The notes beneath the pieces were generated by a model. It did no database searches. It was not told the DNA's origin and saw nothing but the letters and a program-made list of their open reading frames with translations. The translations under genes and the position numbers were made by a program. 64,000 nt of DNA, from NCBI GenBank assembly GCA_902791865.1, contig CADAXK010000001.1, positions 128,205-192,204 of the forward strand. Reading direction: 5' to 3'. The DNA comes from an uncultured Bacteroidia bacterium (GTDB taxonomy: Bacteria > Bacteroidota > Bacteroidia > Bacteroidales > ML635J-15). Of the stretch, positions 27,601 to 36,678 are shown piece by piece. The stretch's first letter is position 1. The number at the start of each line of letters is the position of its first letter.

Positions 27601-27643
27601 GCGGGGGGTGTACCACCAATGTGGAGCCTCCCGTTCCTTTTTT
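27601..27643 (+). ncRNA. Candidate short RNA, unit C (hairpin plus U-run)
   Basis: The -7 box TACTTTTG lies at 27589-27596. The hairpin is CGGGGGG...CCAC-caat-GTGG...CCTCCCG, followed by TTCCTTTTTT. Confidence 0.35.
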
Positions 27644-27696
27644 ATGATACAAGAACGCCTTTTTTGTAATTCAAATATATCCATTATTTTTGCGGT

Positions 27697-27765
27697 GCGT
27701 GCCTGCGGATAACAACAGAAACCCCTGCACGTTCCTTTAAGCAGACTTGTGTCTGCTTATTTTTT
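27697..27765 (+). ncRNA. Candidate small RNA, unit G
   Basis: The -7 box TATTTTTG lies at 27685-27692. The 5' stem is CGTGC...GCACG, and the terminator is AAGCAGAC-ttgt-GTCTGCTT followed by ATTTTTT. Confidence 0.45.
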
Positions 27766-27820
27766 ATGATATTTCATCTGGCATTATTTTTTTTCATCGT
27801 TGGACTTAACATGGGAATTT

Positions 27821-27869
27821 TCAAATCATCGAATCATCGAATTTTCAAATCTTTCAAATCCTCAAATTA
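27821..27869. repeat. Degenerate 8-bp tandem array (TCRAATYN x6)
   Basis: The sequence reads tcaaatca tcgaatca tcgaattt tcaaatctt tcaaatcc tcaaatta. It lies upstream of the C69 peptidase promoter. Confidence 0.8.
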
Positions 27870-27895
27870 TTTTCTTTTGGTATTGGAATAAATAT

Positions 27896-27903
27896 TAAAT
27901 TTG
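27896..27903 (+). promoter_or_regulatory. -7 promoter box (TAAATTTG) for the C69 dipeptidase gene
   Basis: Exact TAnnTTTG match, 24 nt upstream of the ATG at 27927. Confidence 0.5.
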
Positions 27904-27926
27904 CGGTCAAACAAATAAAAATAGAT

Positions 27927-29642
27927 ATGAGAAAATTATTCGCACTATTGACTATCGCGCTTATGTTCAGCGCAAGTGCAAGTTTCGCTTGCACGAACTT
28001 CATTGTTACCAAGGGCGCATCAAACGACGGTTCCGCTTTCCTCAGCTACGCCGCCGACAGCCACGTTCTCTACGGTGAACTCTACTACCGTCCTGCTGCC
28101 GACTACCAGCCAGGCACAATGATGAAAATATACAACTGGGATTCTGGACAATACCTCGGCGACATTCCGCAGGTTCTCCATACCTATAATGTTGTTGGAA
28201 ATGTAAACGAACACCAGCTTGCAATCGGCGAAACAACCTACGGCGGACGCGAGGAACTCTGGGAAGGTGACGGCATTATCGACTACGGAAGCCTTATTTA
28301 CCTTGCTCTGCAGCGCGCAAAGACCGCCCGTGAAGCCATAAAGGTCATGACCGAACTCATGAGCAAGTACGGATATGTAAGCGAAGGCGAATCCTTCTCA
28401 ATCGTTGACAAGGACGAAGCTTGGATTCTCGAAGTTATCGGCAAGGGCAAAGGTCAGAAAGGCGCTGTTTGGGTTGCAAGAATGATTCCCGACGGATATG
28501 TTTCAGCTCACGCTAATCAGGCAAGAATCACCACTTTCCCGCAGGCAACCAAGAAGAGCAAGGATGTCGTTACTTTCAAGAACATCGACAAACTCCTCAC
28601 CGACAAGAACATCACCTGCGTTTACTCCGACGATGTTATCACTTTTGCTCGCGAAAAGGGTTACTTCAAGGGCAACGATGCCGATTTCAGCTTCTCCGAC
28701 ACATACGCACCAGTTGATTTCAGCGGCGCTCGCTTCTGCGAAATCCGCGTTTGGGCTTTCTTCAACGATGTTGCTGAAGGAATGGACAAGTACTGGGAAT
28801 ATGCAAAGGGGACCAAGATTGAATACGATGCAAACGGCTACGCAACCAACAGAATGCCTTTGTGGGTAAAGCCAGCTAAGCCTGTAACTCTCGAAACCGT
28901 AATGCACAACATGGGCAACCACCTCGAAGGTACCGAACTCGATATGAGCAAGGGAATGGGCGCAGGTCCTTTCAACTGTCCTTATCGCTGGAGACCAATG
29001 ACTTGGGAATACAACGGAAAGAACTACATCCACGAAAGAGCAACTGGAACACAGCAGACTGGTTTCTCGTTTGTAGCTCAGTTGCGTGGCAATTTGCCGG
29101 ATGTTCTCGGTGCAATCAACTGGTTTGGCGTTGACGACTGCGCAACAACGGTTTATGTTCCTATGTACGCATCAATCACCGAAATTCCATACGCTTACCG
29201 CGAAGGCAACGGCTCGATGATGAAATTCAAACCGGATGCTGCATTCTGGATTTTCAACCTCGTATCAAACTTCGCATACACACGCTACTGCGACATCTAT
29301 CCCGAAATCGAGACCGTCAGAAGAGACTTGCACAGAAGCTTCAAGGACGAAACCGCAAAGATTGAAGGCGACCTCCGCGAAGAAGCTGAAAACAATCCGC
29401 AGAATGTTGCAAAGAAACTTACCGAGTACTCAGCTAAGGCATCTGAAAATACAATGGTAACTTGGCAAAACCTCTTTGCTAGCTTGTTTACCAAATACGT
29501 TGACGGTAACATTAAGACAGAACGCGAAGTACCAGAAGGATACAAGTACTATGCACCGGAAGTTAAGCAGCCAAAATATGGCAACGACTGGTACAAGCAC
29601 ATTGTCGAGGACGACACAAAACACCTATTGGAAGCAAAATAA
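27927..29642 (+). CDS. C69-family dipeptidase (secreted)
   Basis: The signal peptide ends in SFA|CTNFIVTKGAS, which is the N-terminal nucleophile Cys context of C69 peptidases. Length is 571 aa. Confidence 0.8.
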   Translation: MRKLFALLTIALMFSASASFACTNFIVTKGASNDGSAFLSYAADSHVLYGELYYRPAADYQPGTMMKIYNWDSGQYLGDIPQVLHTYNVVGNVNEHQLAIGETTYGGREELWEGDGIIDYGSLIYLALQRAKTAREAIKVMTELMSKYGYVSEGESFSIVDKDEAWILEVIGKGKGQKGAVWVARMIPDGYVSAHANQARITTFPQATKKSKDVVTFKNIDKLLTDKNITCVYSDDVITFAREKGYFKGNDADFSFSDTYAPVDFSGARFCEIRVWAFFNDVAEGMDKYWEYAKGTKIEYDANGYATNRMPLWVKPAKPVTLETVMHNMGNHLEGTELDMSKGMGAGPFNCPYRWRPMTWEYNGKNYIHERATGTQQTGFSFVAQLRGNLPDVLGAINWFGVDDCATTVYVPMYASITEIPYAYREGNGSMMKFKPDAAFWIFNLVSNFAYTRYCDIYPEIETVRRDLHRSFKDETAKIEGDLREEAENNPQNVAKKLTEYSAKASENTMVTWQNLFASLFTKYVDGNIKTEREVPEGYKYYAPEVKQPKYGNDWYKHIVEDDTKHLLEAK

Positions 29643-29678
29643 ACATTAACATAAACAACTAAAAAACAAATTAATAAA

Positions 29679-30899
29679 ATGAAGACTTCAAAAGATTACA
29701 TCGAACTGGAAGCAAAGTACGGAGCACACAACTATCATCCGCTACCAGTAGTTTTTGCAAAGGCTAAAGGCGCAAAGGTTTGGGACGTTGAAGGAAAGGA
29801 ATATTATGATTTTCTTTCTGCATATTCAGCAGTAAACCAAGGTCACTGCCACCCGAAAATCGTTAAGGCTTTGACCGATCAGGCACAAAAGCTCACATTG
29901 AGTTCAAGAGCATTCTACAACGACTGCCTTGGCGAATGGGAAGAATATGTAACCAAGTATTTCGGATACGACAAGGTTCTCCCAATGAACTCGGGTGCAG
30001 AAGCAGACGAAACAGCTCTTAAGCTTGCTCGCCGCTGGGGTACTGTCGTTAAGGGTATTCCAAACGATGAAACTTTAATCGTATGCTGCGAAGGCAACTT
30101 CCACGGACGTACAATCACCATCATCACCATGTCGAACGACCCGGATTCATACGCAAACTACGGTCCTTTGACTCCTGGTTTCATCCGCATACCTTACAAC
30201 GATCCTGCTGCTTTGGAAAAGGTACTCGCAGAAAAGGGCGACAAGGTTGCTGGTTTCCTTCTTGAACCAATTCAGGGCGAAGCTGGTGTATATGTACCAG
30301 ACGAAGGCTACCTCAAGAAATGCTACGACATCTGCAAGAAGTACAACGTATTGTTCATGGCAGACGAAGTACAGTGCGGTATCGCTCGTACAGGTAAGAT
30401 GCTTGCTTGCGACCACGAAGGCGTTCGTCCCGACATCCTTATCCTCGGTAAGGCTCTCGGCGGTGGCGTATTCCCGATTTCGGCAGCATTGGCAGACGAT
30501 GAAATCATGTTGACAATAAAGCCGGGTGAACACGGTTCAACATTCGGTGGCAACCCATTGGCAACCCGCGTAAGTATCGCAGCTTTGGAAGTTATCAAGG
30601 AAGAAAAGTTGACTGAAAGAGCTGAATACCTCGGCAAGATTTTCCGCGAAGAAATCATGAAGATTAAATCTCCGATGATTGAAAAGGTTCGTGGTAAAGG
30701 TTTGTTGAACGCAGTTATCATTAAGCCTATGAACGGCAAGGAAGCATGGGATGTTTGCTTGAAGATGGCTGAAAACGGCGTTCTTGCAAAGCCGACACAC
30801 CAGCACATCATCCGCTTCGCTCCTCCTCTGGTTATCAGCGAAGAAGAATTGCGTGATGCTATCGAAAAGATCAAGAAGTCGATACTTTCGTTCTGCTAA
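29679..30899 (+). CDS. rocD: Ornithine--oxo-acid aminotransferase
   Basis: [12 protein letters not shown]...[16 protein letters not shown]...[12 protein letters not shown]...LGKALGGG are class III aminotransferase motifs with rocD-type signatures. Confidence 0.85.
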   Translation: MKTSKDYIELEAKYGAHNYHPLPVVFAKAKGAKVWDVEGKEYYDFLSAYSAVNQGHCHPKIVKALTDQAQKLTLSSRAFYNDCLGEWEEYVTKYFGYDKVLPMNSGAEADETALKLARRWGTVVKGIPNDETLIVCCEGNFHGRTITIITMSNDPDSYANYGPLTPGFIRIPYNDPAALEKVLAEKGDKVAGFLLEPIQGEAGVYVPDEGYLKKCYDICKKYNVLFMADEVQCGIARTGKMLACDHEGVRPDILILGKALGGGVFPISAALADDEIMLTIKPGEHGSTFGGNPLATRVSIAALEVIKEEKLTERAEYLGKIFREEIMKIKSPMIEKVRGKGLLNAVIIKPMNGKEAWDVCLKMAENGVLAKPTHQHIIRFAPPLVISEEELRDAIEKIKKSILSFC

Positions 30900-30922
30900 G
30901 ATTTTTTTCCGGATTATATAAA

Positions 30923-30951
30923 AGGTCGTTTCTTCGGGAACGGCCTTTTTT
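30923..30951 (+). terminator. Rho-independent terminator after rocD
   Basis: AGGTCGTT-tcttcggg-AACGGCCT followed by TTTTTT. Confidence 0.7.
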
Positions 30952-30960
30952 GTCATGCAG

Positions 30961-31000
30961 TCAAATCTTTGAATTATTGAATCATTAAATCATTGAATTA
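30961..31000. repeat. Degenerate 8-bp tandem array (TYRAATYW x5)
   Basis: The sequence reads tcaaatct ttgaatta ttgaatca ttaaatca ttgaatta. It lies directly upstream of the -7 box at 31005. Confidence 0.8.
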
Positions 31001-31004
31001 TTCT

Positions 31005-31012
31005 TATATTTG
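31005..31012 (+). promoter_or_regulatory. -7 promoter box (TATATTTG) for the glycosyltransferase gene
   Basis: Exact TAnnTTTG match. It overlaps the track start at 31010, so a downstream GTG start is preferred. Confidence 0.5.
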
Positions 31013-31030
31013 CACACAAAATCATACATA

Positions 31031-32119
31031 GTGACGAAGCGACTTCTACTCATAGTGCATCACCGACCAAACCGCTCGCCCGGACAACGTTTCCGAATCG
31101 AGCAGTTTTTGCCCCACCTCGAAAAAGCTGGCTACGAAGTCACATTCTCCAACATCATCAGCGAAAAGGACGACAAGACCTTCTACTCTCACGGACACTA
31201 TTTTAGAAAACTTTTGTTCGTGATAAAGAGTTTTTTCCACAGGATGAAGGATGTCCGCAGAGCAAAGAATTTCGACCTTGTGTTCGTTTATCGCGAAGCA
31301 TACATGTTAGGCACGACTATCTTCGAGCGCAAGATTGCAAAGAGCGGAGTACCAATGATTTTCGACTTCGATGATTCCATCTGGCTAAACGACACCAGCG
31401 AAGGCAATCAAAACCTCGCATGGCTGAAACGCACAGAAAAGACAAACGAAATATGCCAATATGCTACGCTCGTCAGCGTTGGAAACCAATATCTTGCCGA
31501 TTATGCAAAGCAATTTAACGACAACATTTTCATACTGCCAACAGTAATAAACACCAACTACCATAAGCCAAGCGAAAAAAAGCCACATAAGGGCATTTGC
31601 ATAGGCTGGACAGGCACACAACCTACACTAAAGCACTACGAAACCGCCTATCCAGTGCTCAAACGCATCAAGGAAAAATATGGCGACAAAGTGTATTTCA
31701 AGGTAATAATGAACTCGAAAACCTGGCAAAGCGAAATTCCCGACACCAAAATCGTGCAATGGTCGGCAGAAAATGAAATCGAGGAGCTTTGCGAGTTCGA
31801 CATCGGCATAATGCCCCTACCCGATGACAAATGGAGCCGCGGAAAGTGCGGATTCAAGGGATTGCAATGCATGGCGCTCGAACTTCCTGTGGTAATGTCG
31901 CCTGTTGGTGTAAACAAAGAAATTATCGATGACGGCAAAAATGGTTTTCTCGCCAGCACCGATGACGAGTGGATGGAAAAATTGTCAGCACTGATTGATT
32001 CCGAGGAACTACGCCGCGAAATGGGCAAGAATGCCAGACAAACTGTCGAGGAACGCTTTTCGGTAACTGCCTGGGCAGACAAGGTTGTTGAAACTTTCGA
32101 CGGGTTGATAAAAAAGTGA
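31031..32119 (+). CDS. Glycosyltransferase, GT4 / group 1 family
   Basis: The C-terminal GT-B block is CEFDIGIMPLPDDKWSRGKCGFKGLQCMALELPVVMSPVGVNKEIIDDGKNGFLA (an E-x7-E-type region). A GTG start at 31031 is proposed; there is no in-frame ATG for about 80 codons. Confidence 0.65.
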   Translation: MTKRLLLIVHHRPNRSPGQRFRIEQFLPHLEKAGYEVTFSNIISEKDDKTFYSHGHYFRKLLFVIKSFFHRMKDVRRAKNFDLVFVYREAYMLGTTIFERKIAKSGVPMIFDFDDSIWLNDTSEGNQNLAWLKRTEKTNEICQYATLVSVGNQYLADYAKQFNDNIFILPTVINTNYHKPSEKKPHKGICIGWTGTQPTLKHYETAYPVLKRIKEKYGDKVYFKVIMNSKTWQSEIPDTKIVQWSAENEIEELCEFDIGIMPLPDDKWSRGKCGFKGLQCMALELPVVMSPVGVNKEIIDDGKNGFLASTDDEWMEKLSALIDSEELRREMGKNARQTVEERFSVTAWADKVVETFDGLIKK

Positions 32120-32199
32120 AGCTGACAGAATCATTAGGAAATCTATTCTCGCCAGACTTAAAATAAACCAAACCAAGAAATCTTTTTTACACAATAGAC

Positions 32200-32234
32200 A
32201 TTACGAAAAATTTCGTAACGAAATTTTTCGTAAT
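32200..32234. repeat. Perfect 16-bp inverted repeat with a 3-nt spacer
   Basis: ATTACGAAAAATTTCG-TAA-CGAAATTTTTCGTAAT. It lies about 50 bp upstream of the S41 peptidase -7 box. Confidence 0.9.
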
Positions 32235-32282
32235 AAAAACAAATTTAACAACAAAACAACATTTTCCATCGTTAATAATTCT

Positions 32283-32290
32283 TAACTTTG
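32283..32290 (+). promoter_or_regulatory. -7 promoter box (TAACTTTG) for the S41 peptidase gene
   Basis: Exact TAnnTTTG match, 18 nt upstream of the ATG at 32308. Confidence 0.5.
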
Positions 32291-32307
32291 CAAAAAATGC
32301 ATATACG

Positions 32308-33909
32308 ATGAAAAAGATATTCGCGATATTAGCAAGCATAATATTAATAGGTACTACCCTATTTGCACAGACAGAACCAGTAAAGCAAGCAAAGAAATTC
32401 GAACGACTGCTCAACTACATTGATGCCATGTACGTTGACACCGCCGACATCGCCAAAATCACCGAAACGGCAATCGTAAAGATGTTGCAGGAGCTCGATC
32501 CGCATTCTGCCTACATAAGTGCCGACGATGTTGCCAAGTCGAAGGAACAGCTCGATGGAAGTTTCGACGGCATTGGCGTACAGTTTCGCCTGATACAAGA
32601 CACAATTGTAATTCAAGATGTTATTTCAGGTGGACCGTCAGAGAAAGTAGGTCTGAAATCGGGTGACCGCATAGTGAAAGTTGACGATGAAATTGTTGCA
32701 GGAATAAAAATCGACAATTCGGGCGTAGCAAAGCGTCTGCGTGGTAAAAAGGGAACGAAAGTAACCGTTGGCATCATGCGTCCTGGCGAAAAAGACCTTT
32801 TATACTTCGAGATTATCCGCGACAAAATTCCTATTCATAGCGTTGATGCGTTCTACACTGTTGGCGATGTTGGATATGTGAAACTCAACAAGTTCGCCCG
32901 CACAACCGAAGCCGAAATGGACTCCGCCTTCCAATATTTCACACAAAAGAAGGTTAAGCACATAATCCTCGACCTAAGCGACAACACAGGAGGCTACCTC
33001 GACCAAGCCGTAACACTTTGCAGTCGATTCATTGAGCCAAACAAGTCGATAGTTTACACCAAAGGCGAAAAGATGCCTCGCTACGACTACAACTCAAAGG
33101 AAATGTCCGCCGACAAGATTAACCGCAACGGAAAACTTGTTGTAATTATCAACGAGAATTCGGCATCGGCAAGCGAAATCACATCGGGCGCAATACAGGA
33201 CTGGGACAGAGGCGTTATCGTAGGTCGCCGCTCATTCGGCAAAGGTCTGGTACAAAGGGAAATGAACTTAACAGATGGTTCCATCGTCCGCCTGACAATT
33301 GCTCGCTACTACACCCCATCGGGACGTTGCATACAGAAGCCTTACAGCAGTTACGAGGAATACAACAAAGACTTGCTGAATCGCTACAACCACGGAGAAT
33401 ACTACCACAAGGACAGTATAAAATTCAACGACAGCCTGAAATATAACACATTGAAATACAAGCGCACGGTTTATGGAGGCGGTGGCGTAATGCCCGACGA
33501 CTTTGTTCCGCTTGACACCACCTTGCGTTCCGACTATCACCTTGCCCTACAGCGCAAAAACATTTTCTTCCCGACAATTTCAGAATACATCGACAAGCAT
33601 AAGGACGAACTGAAAAAGAAGTACAAGGATGAAGAGACTTTTGCCAAGACTTTCAATGTTCCGGATGAATTTATGAATACGCTACAGCAAAAAGCAAAGG
33701 ATTCGGGCATTAAGCTTGATTCGCTCAAGAAGGCTACACCCGAGCAGGAACTTTACTTAAAGAACCACATCAAATCATCGATGGCTAGCGATGTCTGGGG
33801 AAATCCAGCCTTCTGGCGAGTATTCAACGAAAAGGATCCAACTGTAAAGCGAGCCTTTGAAATAATAAACGACGACAAACTGTACAATTCGTTGCTGAAA
33901 AAGAAATAG
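32308..33909 (+). CDS. S41-family C-terminal processing (tail-specific) peptidase
   Basis: Signal peptide and a PDZ region (GGPSEKVGLKSGDRIVKVD). The catalytic Ser context is NENSASASEI and the Lys context is GRRSFGKGLVQ. Confidence 0.85.
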   Translation: MKKIFAILASIILIGTTLFAQTEPVKQAKKFERLLNYIDAMYVDTADIAKITETAIVKMLQELDPHSAYISADDVAKSKEQLDGSFDGIGVQFRLIQDTIVIQDVISGGPSEKVGLKSGDRIVKVDDEIVAGIKIDNSGVAKRLRGKKGTKVTVGIMRPGEKDLLYFEIIRDKIPIHSVDAFYTVGDVGYVKLNKFARTTEAEMDSAFQYFTQKKVKHIILDLSDNTGGYLDQAVTLCSRFIEPNKSIVYTKGEKMPRYDYNSKEMSADKINRNGKLVVIINENSASASEITSGAIQDWDRGVIVGRRSFGKGLVQREMNLTDGSIVRLTIARYYTPSGRCIQKPYSSYEEYNKDLLNRYNHGEYYHKDSIKFNDSLKYNTLKYKRTVYGGGGVMPDDFVPLDTTLRSDYHLALQRKNIFFPTISEYIDKHKDELKKKYKDEETFAKTFNVPDEFMNTLQQKAKDSGIKLDSLKKATPEQELYLKNHIKSSMASDVWGNPAFWRVFNEKDPTVKRAFEIINDDKLYNSLLKKK

Positions 33910-33944
33910 AAGAAAATTCGATGATTTGATGATTAACAACGTTA

Positions 33945-34000
33945 TCAATTATTAATTGTCAATTATACATTATTAATTGTTAATTGTCAATTGTCCATTG
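33945..34000. repeat. Degenerate 7-bp tandem array (TYMATTR x8)
   Basis: The sequence reads tcaatta ttaattg tcaatta tacatta ttaattg ttaattg tcaattg tccattg. It is the same unit family as 25029-25105, and it overlaps the last codons and stop of the GNAT gene. Confidence 0.85.
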
Positions 34001-34484
34001 CCAGCTCATACATCACGCATGTGCAATGGCATCCCTTTCCACAAACGGGACACGAGTATCCTTTTTCCAAACTATCGGCATACCAGTAGTCGGGAATTTC
34101 GCGAACGGGAAGAAAACCATTCCTGCGGAAAACCACATCGGAATTAACAATGCCATCGTGCTTCCATAGTGGCGACATTATTTTTTTCGCACCAATGCCT
34201 TTCAAATATTCCACCGACTTGGCTATCAAAGCCGTACCTATCCCCTGCCCCGAATAATCATTACTTACAGCCACCGTCCTGACATACGCATCACCATTCT
34301 GACCAATATACGACAGGCAAAAACCTACACATTTCTGCCAATCAGCATCCTCCGCCACAATAACATTACAAGCAGACAAGTCGTCAACAGTAATATATTT
34401 CTCACCAAGTTGCACATCGGCAAGGGCAAGAATTTCATTAATATCAACTGATTGCAAGTCTCGAATTTTTATCATGGTATACAT
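33987..34484 (-). CDS. GNAT-family N-acetyltransferase
   Basis: 165 aa with the acetyl-CoA binding motif VSNDYSGQGIGTALIAKSV. Confidence 0.7.
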   Translation of the reverse strand: MYTMIKIRDLQSVDINEILALADVQLGEKYITVDDLSACNVIVAEDADWQKCVGFCLSYIGQNGDAYVRTVAVSNDYSGQGIGTALIAKSVEYLKGIGAKKIMSPLWKHDGIVNSDVVFRRNGFLPVREIPDYWYADSLEKGYSCPVCGKGCHCTCVMYELAMDN

Positions 34485-34556
34485 TATTTATGCAAACTTA
34501 TAAAATTACTTTTGAAAAAAGCACAAACAAATACAATAGATTTCATTTTTTTACAA

Positions 34557-34564
34557 TACCTTTG
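34557..34564 (+). promoter_or_regulatory. -7 promoter box (TACCTTTG) for the C10 peptidase gene
   Basis: Exact TAnnTTTG match, 43 nt upstream of the ATG at 34607. Confidence 0.5.
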
Positions 34565-34606
34565 TAACTCGTGTTTTTATTCATATCATAAAAAACTACA
34601 GTAATA

Positions 34607-36565
34607 ATGAGGAAATTTACATTTATTGCAATTTTAATTTCTTTGTCAATCACTGCGATGGCGAAGCATGTCGATTTGGAAACAGCAAAATCGGTAGCAG
34701 CAACATTTTGGATGAAAAACGTACAGAAAGGCAACATCCAAAAATCTGGAATCGAATTTCGTGACATCACGGAGCAAACAGAATTCGCAAACATATACAT
34801 TTTGAACACCAATGGTGGCTTTGTTATTGTTTCGGCTGATGACGTGGCAAAGCCAATACTCGGTTACTCTCAGCAAGGTGTTTTCAACCCCGAAAATATT
34901 CCAACGAACGCAAAAAGCTGGCTTCGCAATTATTGCTACGAAATACAATATGCAATTGACAACAACATTGAGACCAGCGAAGAAAACCGCGAAGCATGGA
35001 ACAACTTGCGCAATGGTGCAGGACTTACGCCCAGAAGCACAAGAACAGTATCGCAGTTGCTAACAACCTATTGGAATCAACGCCCTTACTACAACGCTTT
35101 GTGTCCATACGATGAAGAAGAAGGTGAACTTTCCGTCACCGGTTGTGTAGCAACGGCCATGGCACAGCTTATGAAATACTGGAACTGGCCATTACATGGC
35201 ACAGGTTCTCACTCATACACATCCGAAGATCACCCAGAATACGGAACAATGTCAGCCGACTTTGAAAACACTACATACGACTGGGACAACATGCCGAACT
35301 ATCTATCGGAAGAAAGTTCAAGCACAGAAATAAACGCAGTTGCCACTCTTATGTACCATTGCGGCGTATCTGTAGAAATGATGTATAGTGCAATGGGCAG
35401 CGGTGCATATACAATTACATACGACGGGCAATTGGACTTCTGCACAGAAAACGCACTGCGCGACTTCTTCGGATACAGCAACGACCTGCATGGCGAATAT
35501 AGGTCATTTGAATACGAAGACGAAAATGGAGAGACACAAACATTCGTAGCATATACAGATTCGGAATGGTTAGCTATGCTAAAGGAAGACTTAGACGCAT
35601 TACGTCCTGTACTTTACACTGGAGCAAGCGACGATGGAGCTCACGCTTTTATCTTCGACGGATACGACGAGAACGACCTTTTCCATGTTAATTGGGGTTG
35701 GGCAGGCCACGCTGACGGCTTTTTCTCAATGGATGCTCTAGAACCAAATCCTGGAGGAATCGGTGGCGGCGGCTACCAGTTCAACATGGAACAAACAGCT
35801 ATTTTCGGCGTAATGCCTGCATACACAAACCTATCGGCAACACCAGGAAACATTACAGTAAACGTCGATGGCGACACCATACAATTTAACATTTATGCCA
35901 GCAATAGTCCAGAAAACTGCAACATAACATGCGACCAATCGTGGCTTACACTTTCGAGCTACACAGCTCCAGGTTCAGGAGAAACGACAACAATCACGCT
36001 AACTATTGACCAGAATACATCAGGGGAGACAAGAAACGCAACAATCACAATTACACAAGGTAGTTTTACTACAACTATTTCGGTAACACAGAATGATGTA
36101 CAATACACAATAACAGTACTTTCAGAAAACACAGACCAAGGAGAGGTTTACGGCGGTGGAACATTCGACGAAGGAACTGTTATTCAGATCTCGGCAGATG
36201 CTCACGATGGCTACGAATTCTCGTGGTGGGACGATGGCAACACCGACAATCCACGCAATATAACCGTCACTGAAAATGCAACATACATAGCTTCGTTTGC
36301 TCCAGCAACCGGCATCGAAGAAAATATTGTTCCCGAAATATCAATCTTCCCCAACCCCACAAATGATATTCTGAACATCACATCATCGGAAACAATTTCG
36401 GAAATAGAGATTGTAAATGTGATGGGTCAGATTGTATTGCAAATGGATGTGAATAGTGATAATGCCGTATGCAATGTTTCCAATTTGTCTAACGGAATGT
36501 ATTTCATAAGAATCTACGGAAACGAAAACGGCAACATCTATACAAAAAAACTGACAAAGGAATAA
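34607..36565 (+). CDS. C10-family (streptopain-like) cysteine peptidase with a T9SS C-terminal sorting domain
   Basis: It has an N-terminal Spi-like propeptide. The catalytic Cys context is WNQRPYYNALCPYD...TGCVATAMAQLMKYWNWP and the His region is GAHAFIFDGYD...VNWGW. The C-terminal CTD is ISIFPNPTNDILNI...GMYFIRIY. Confidence 0.8.
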   Translation: MRKFTFIAILISLSITAMAKHVDLETAKSVAATFWMKNVQKGNIQKSGIEFRDITEQTEFANIYILNTNGGFVIVSADDVAKPILGYSQQGVFNPENIPTNAKSWLRNYCYEIQYAIDNNIETSEENREAWNNLRNGAGLTPRSTRTVSQLLTTYWNQRPYYNALCPYDEEEGELSVTGCVATAMAQLMKYWNWPLHGTGSHSYTSEDHPEYGTMSADFENTTYDWDNMPNYLSEESSSTEINAVATLMYHCGVSVEMMYSAMGSGAYTITYDGQLDFCTENALRDFFGYSNDLHGEYRSFEYEDENGETQTFVAYTDSEWLAMLKEDLDALRPVLYTGASDDGAHAFIFDGYDENDLFHVNWGWAGHADGFFSMDALEPNPGGIGGGGYQFNMEQTAIFGVMPAYTNLSATPGNITVNVDGDTIQFNIYASNSPENCNITCDQSWLTLSSYTAPGSGETTTITLTIDQNTSGETRNATITITQGSFTTTISVTQNDVQYTITVLSENTDQGEVYGGGTFDEGTVIQISADAHDGYEFSWWDDGNTDNPRNITVTENATYIASFAPATGIEENIVPEISIFPNPTNDILNITSSETISEIEIVNVMGQIVLQMDVNSDNAVCNVSNLSNGMYFIRIYGNENGNIYTKKLTKE

Positions 36566-36586
36566 CACTTAACTTTTAAAGCAAAG

Positions 36587-36612
36587 AGGCGACCTCAGGG
36601 TTGCCTTTTTTG
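36587..36612 (+). terminator. Rho-independent terminator after the C10 peptidase gene
   Basis: AGGCGACC-tcag-GGTTGCCT followed by TTTTTT. Confidence 0.7.
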
Positions 36613-36649
36613 TTTATTATTCTTTGCTACAAGAATCGGATAATTTATT

Positions 36650-36657
36650 TAATTTTG
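36650..36657 (+). promoter_or_regulatory. -7 promoter box (TAATTTTG) for cysS
   Basis: Exact TAnnTTTG match, 22 nt upstream of the ATG at 36679. Confidence 0.5.
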
Positions 36658-36678
36658 CGGAATTAAAATTTTACAGTC

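Noticed and set aside
26430-27930. The sRNA island was considered as a CRISPR array, a type III toxin-antitoxin RNA repeat, or an integron attC cassette array.
   Set aside because: There is no short direct repeat with constant spacing, no cas gene, no toxN-like gene and no integrase nearby. No RYYYAAC/GTTRRRY attC ends are present. The units differ in sequence apart from the A and D duplicates.
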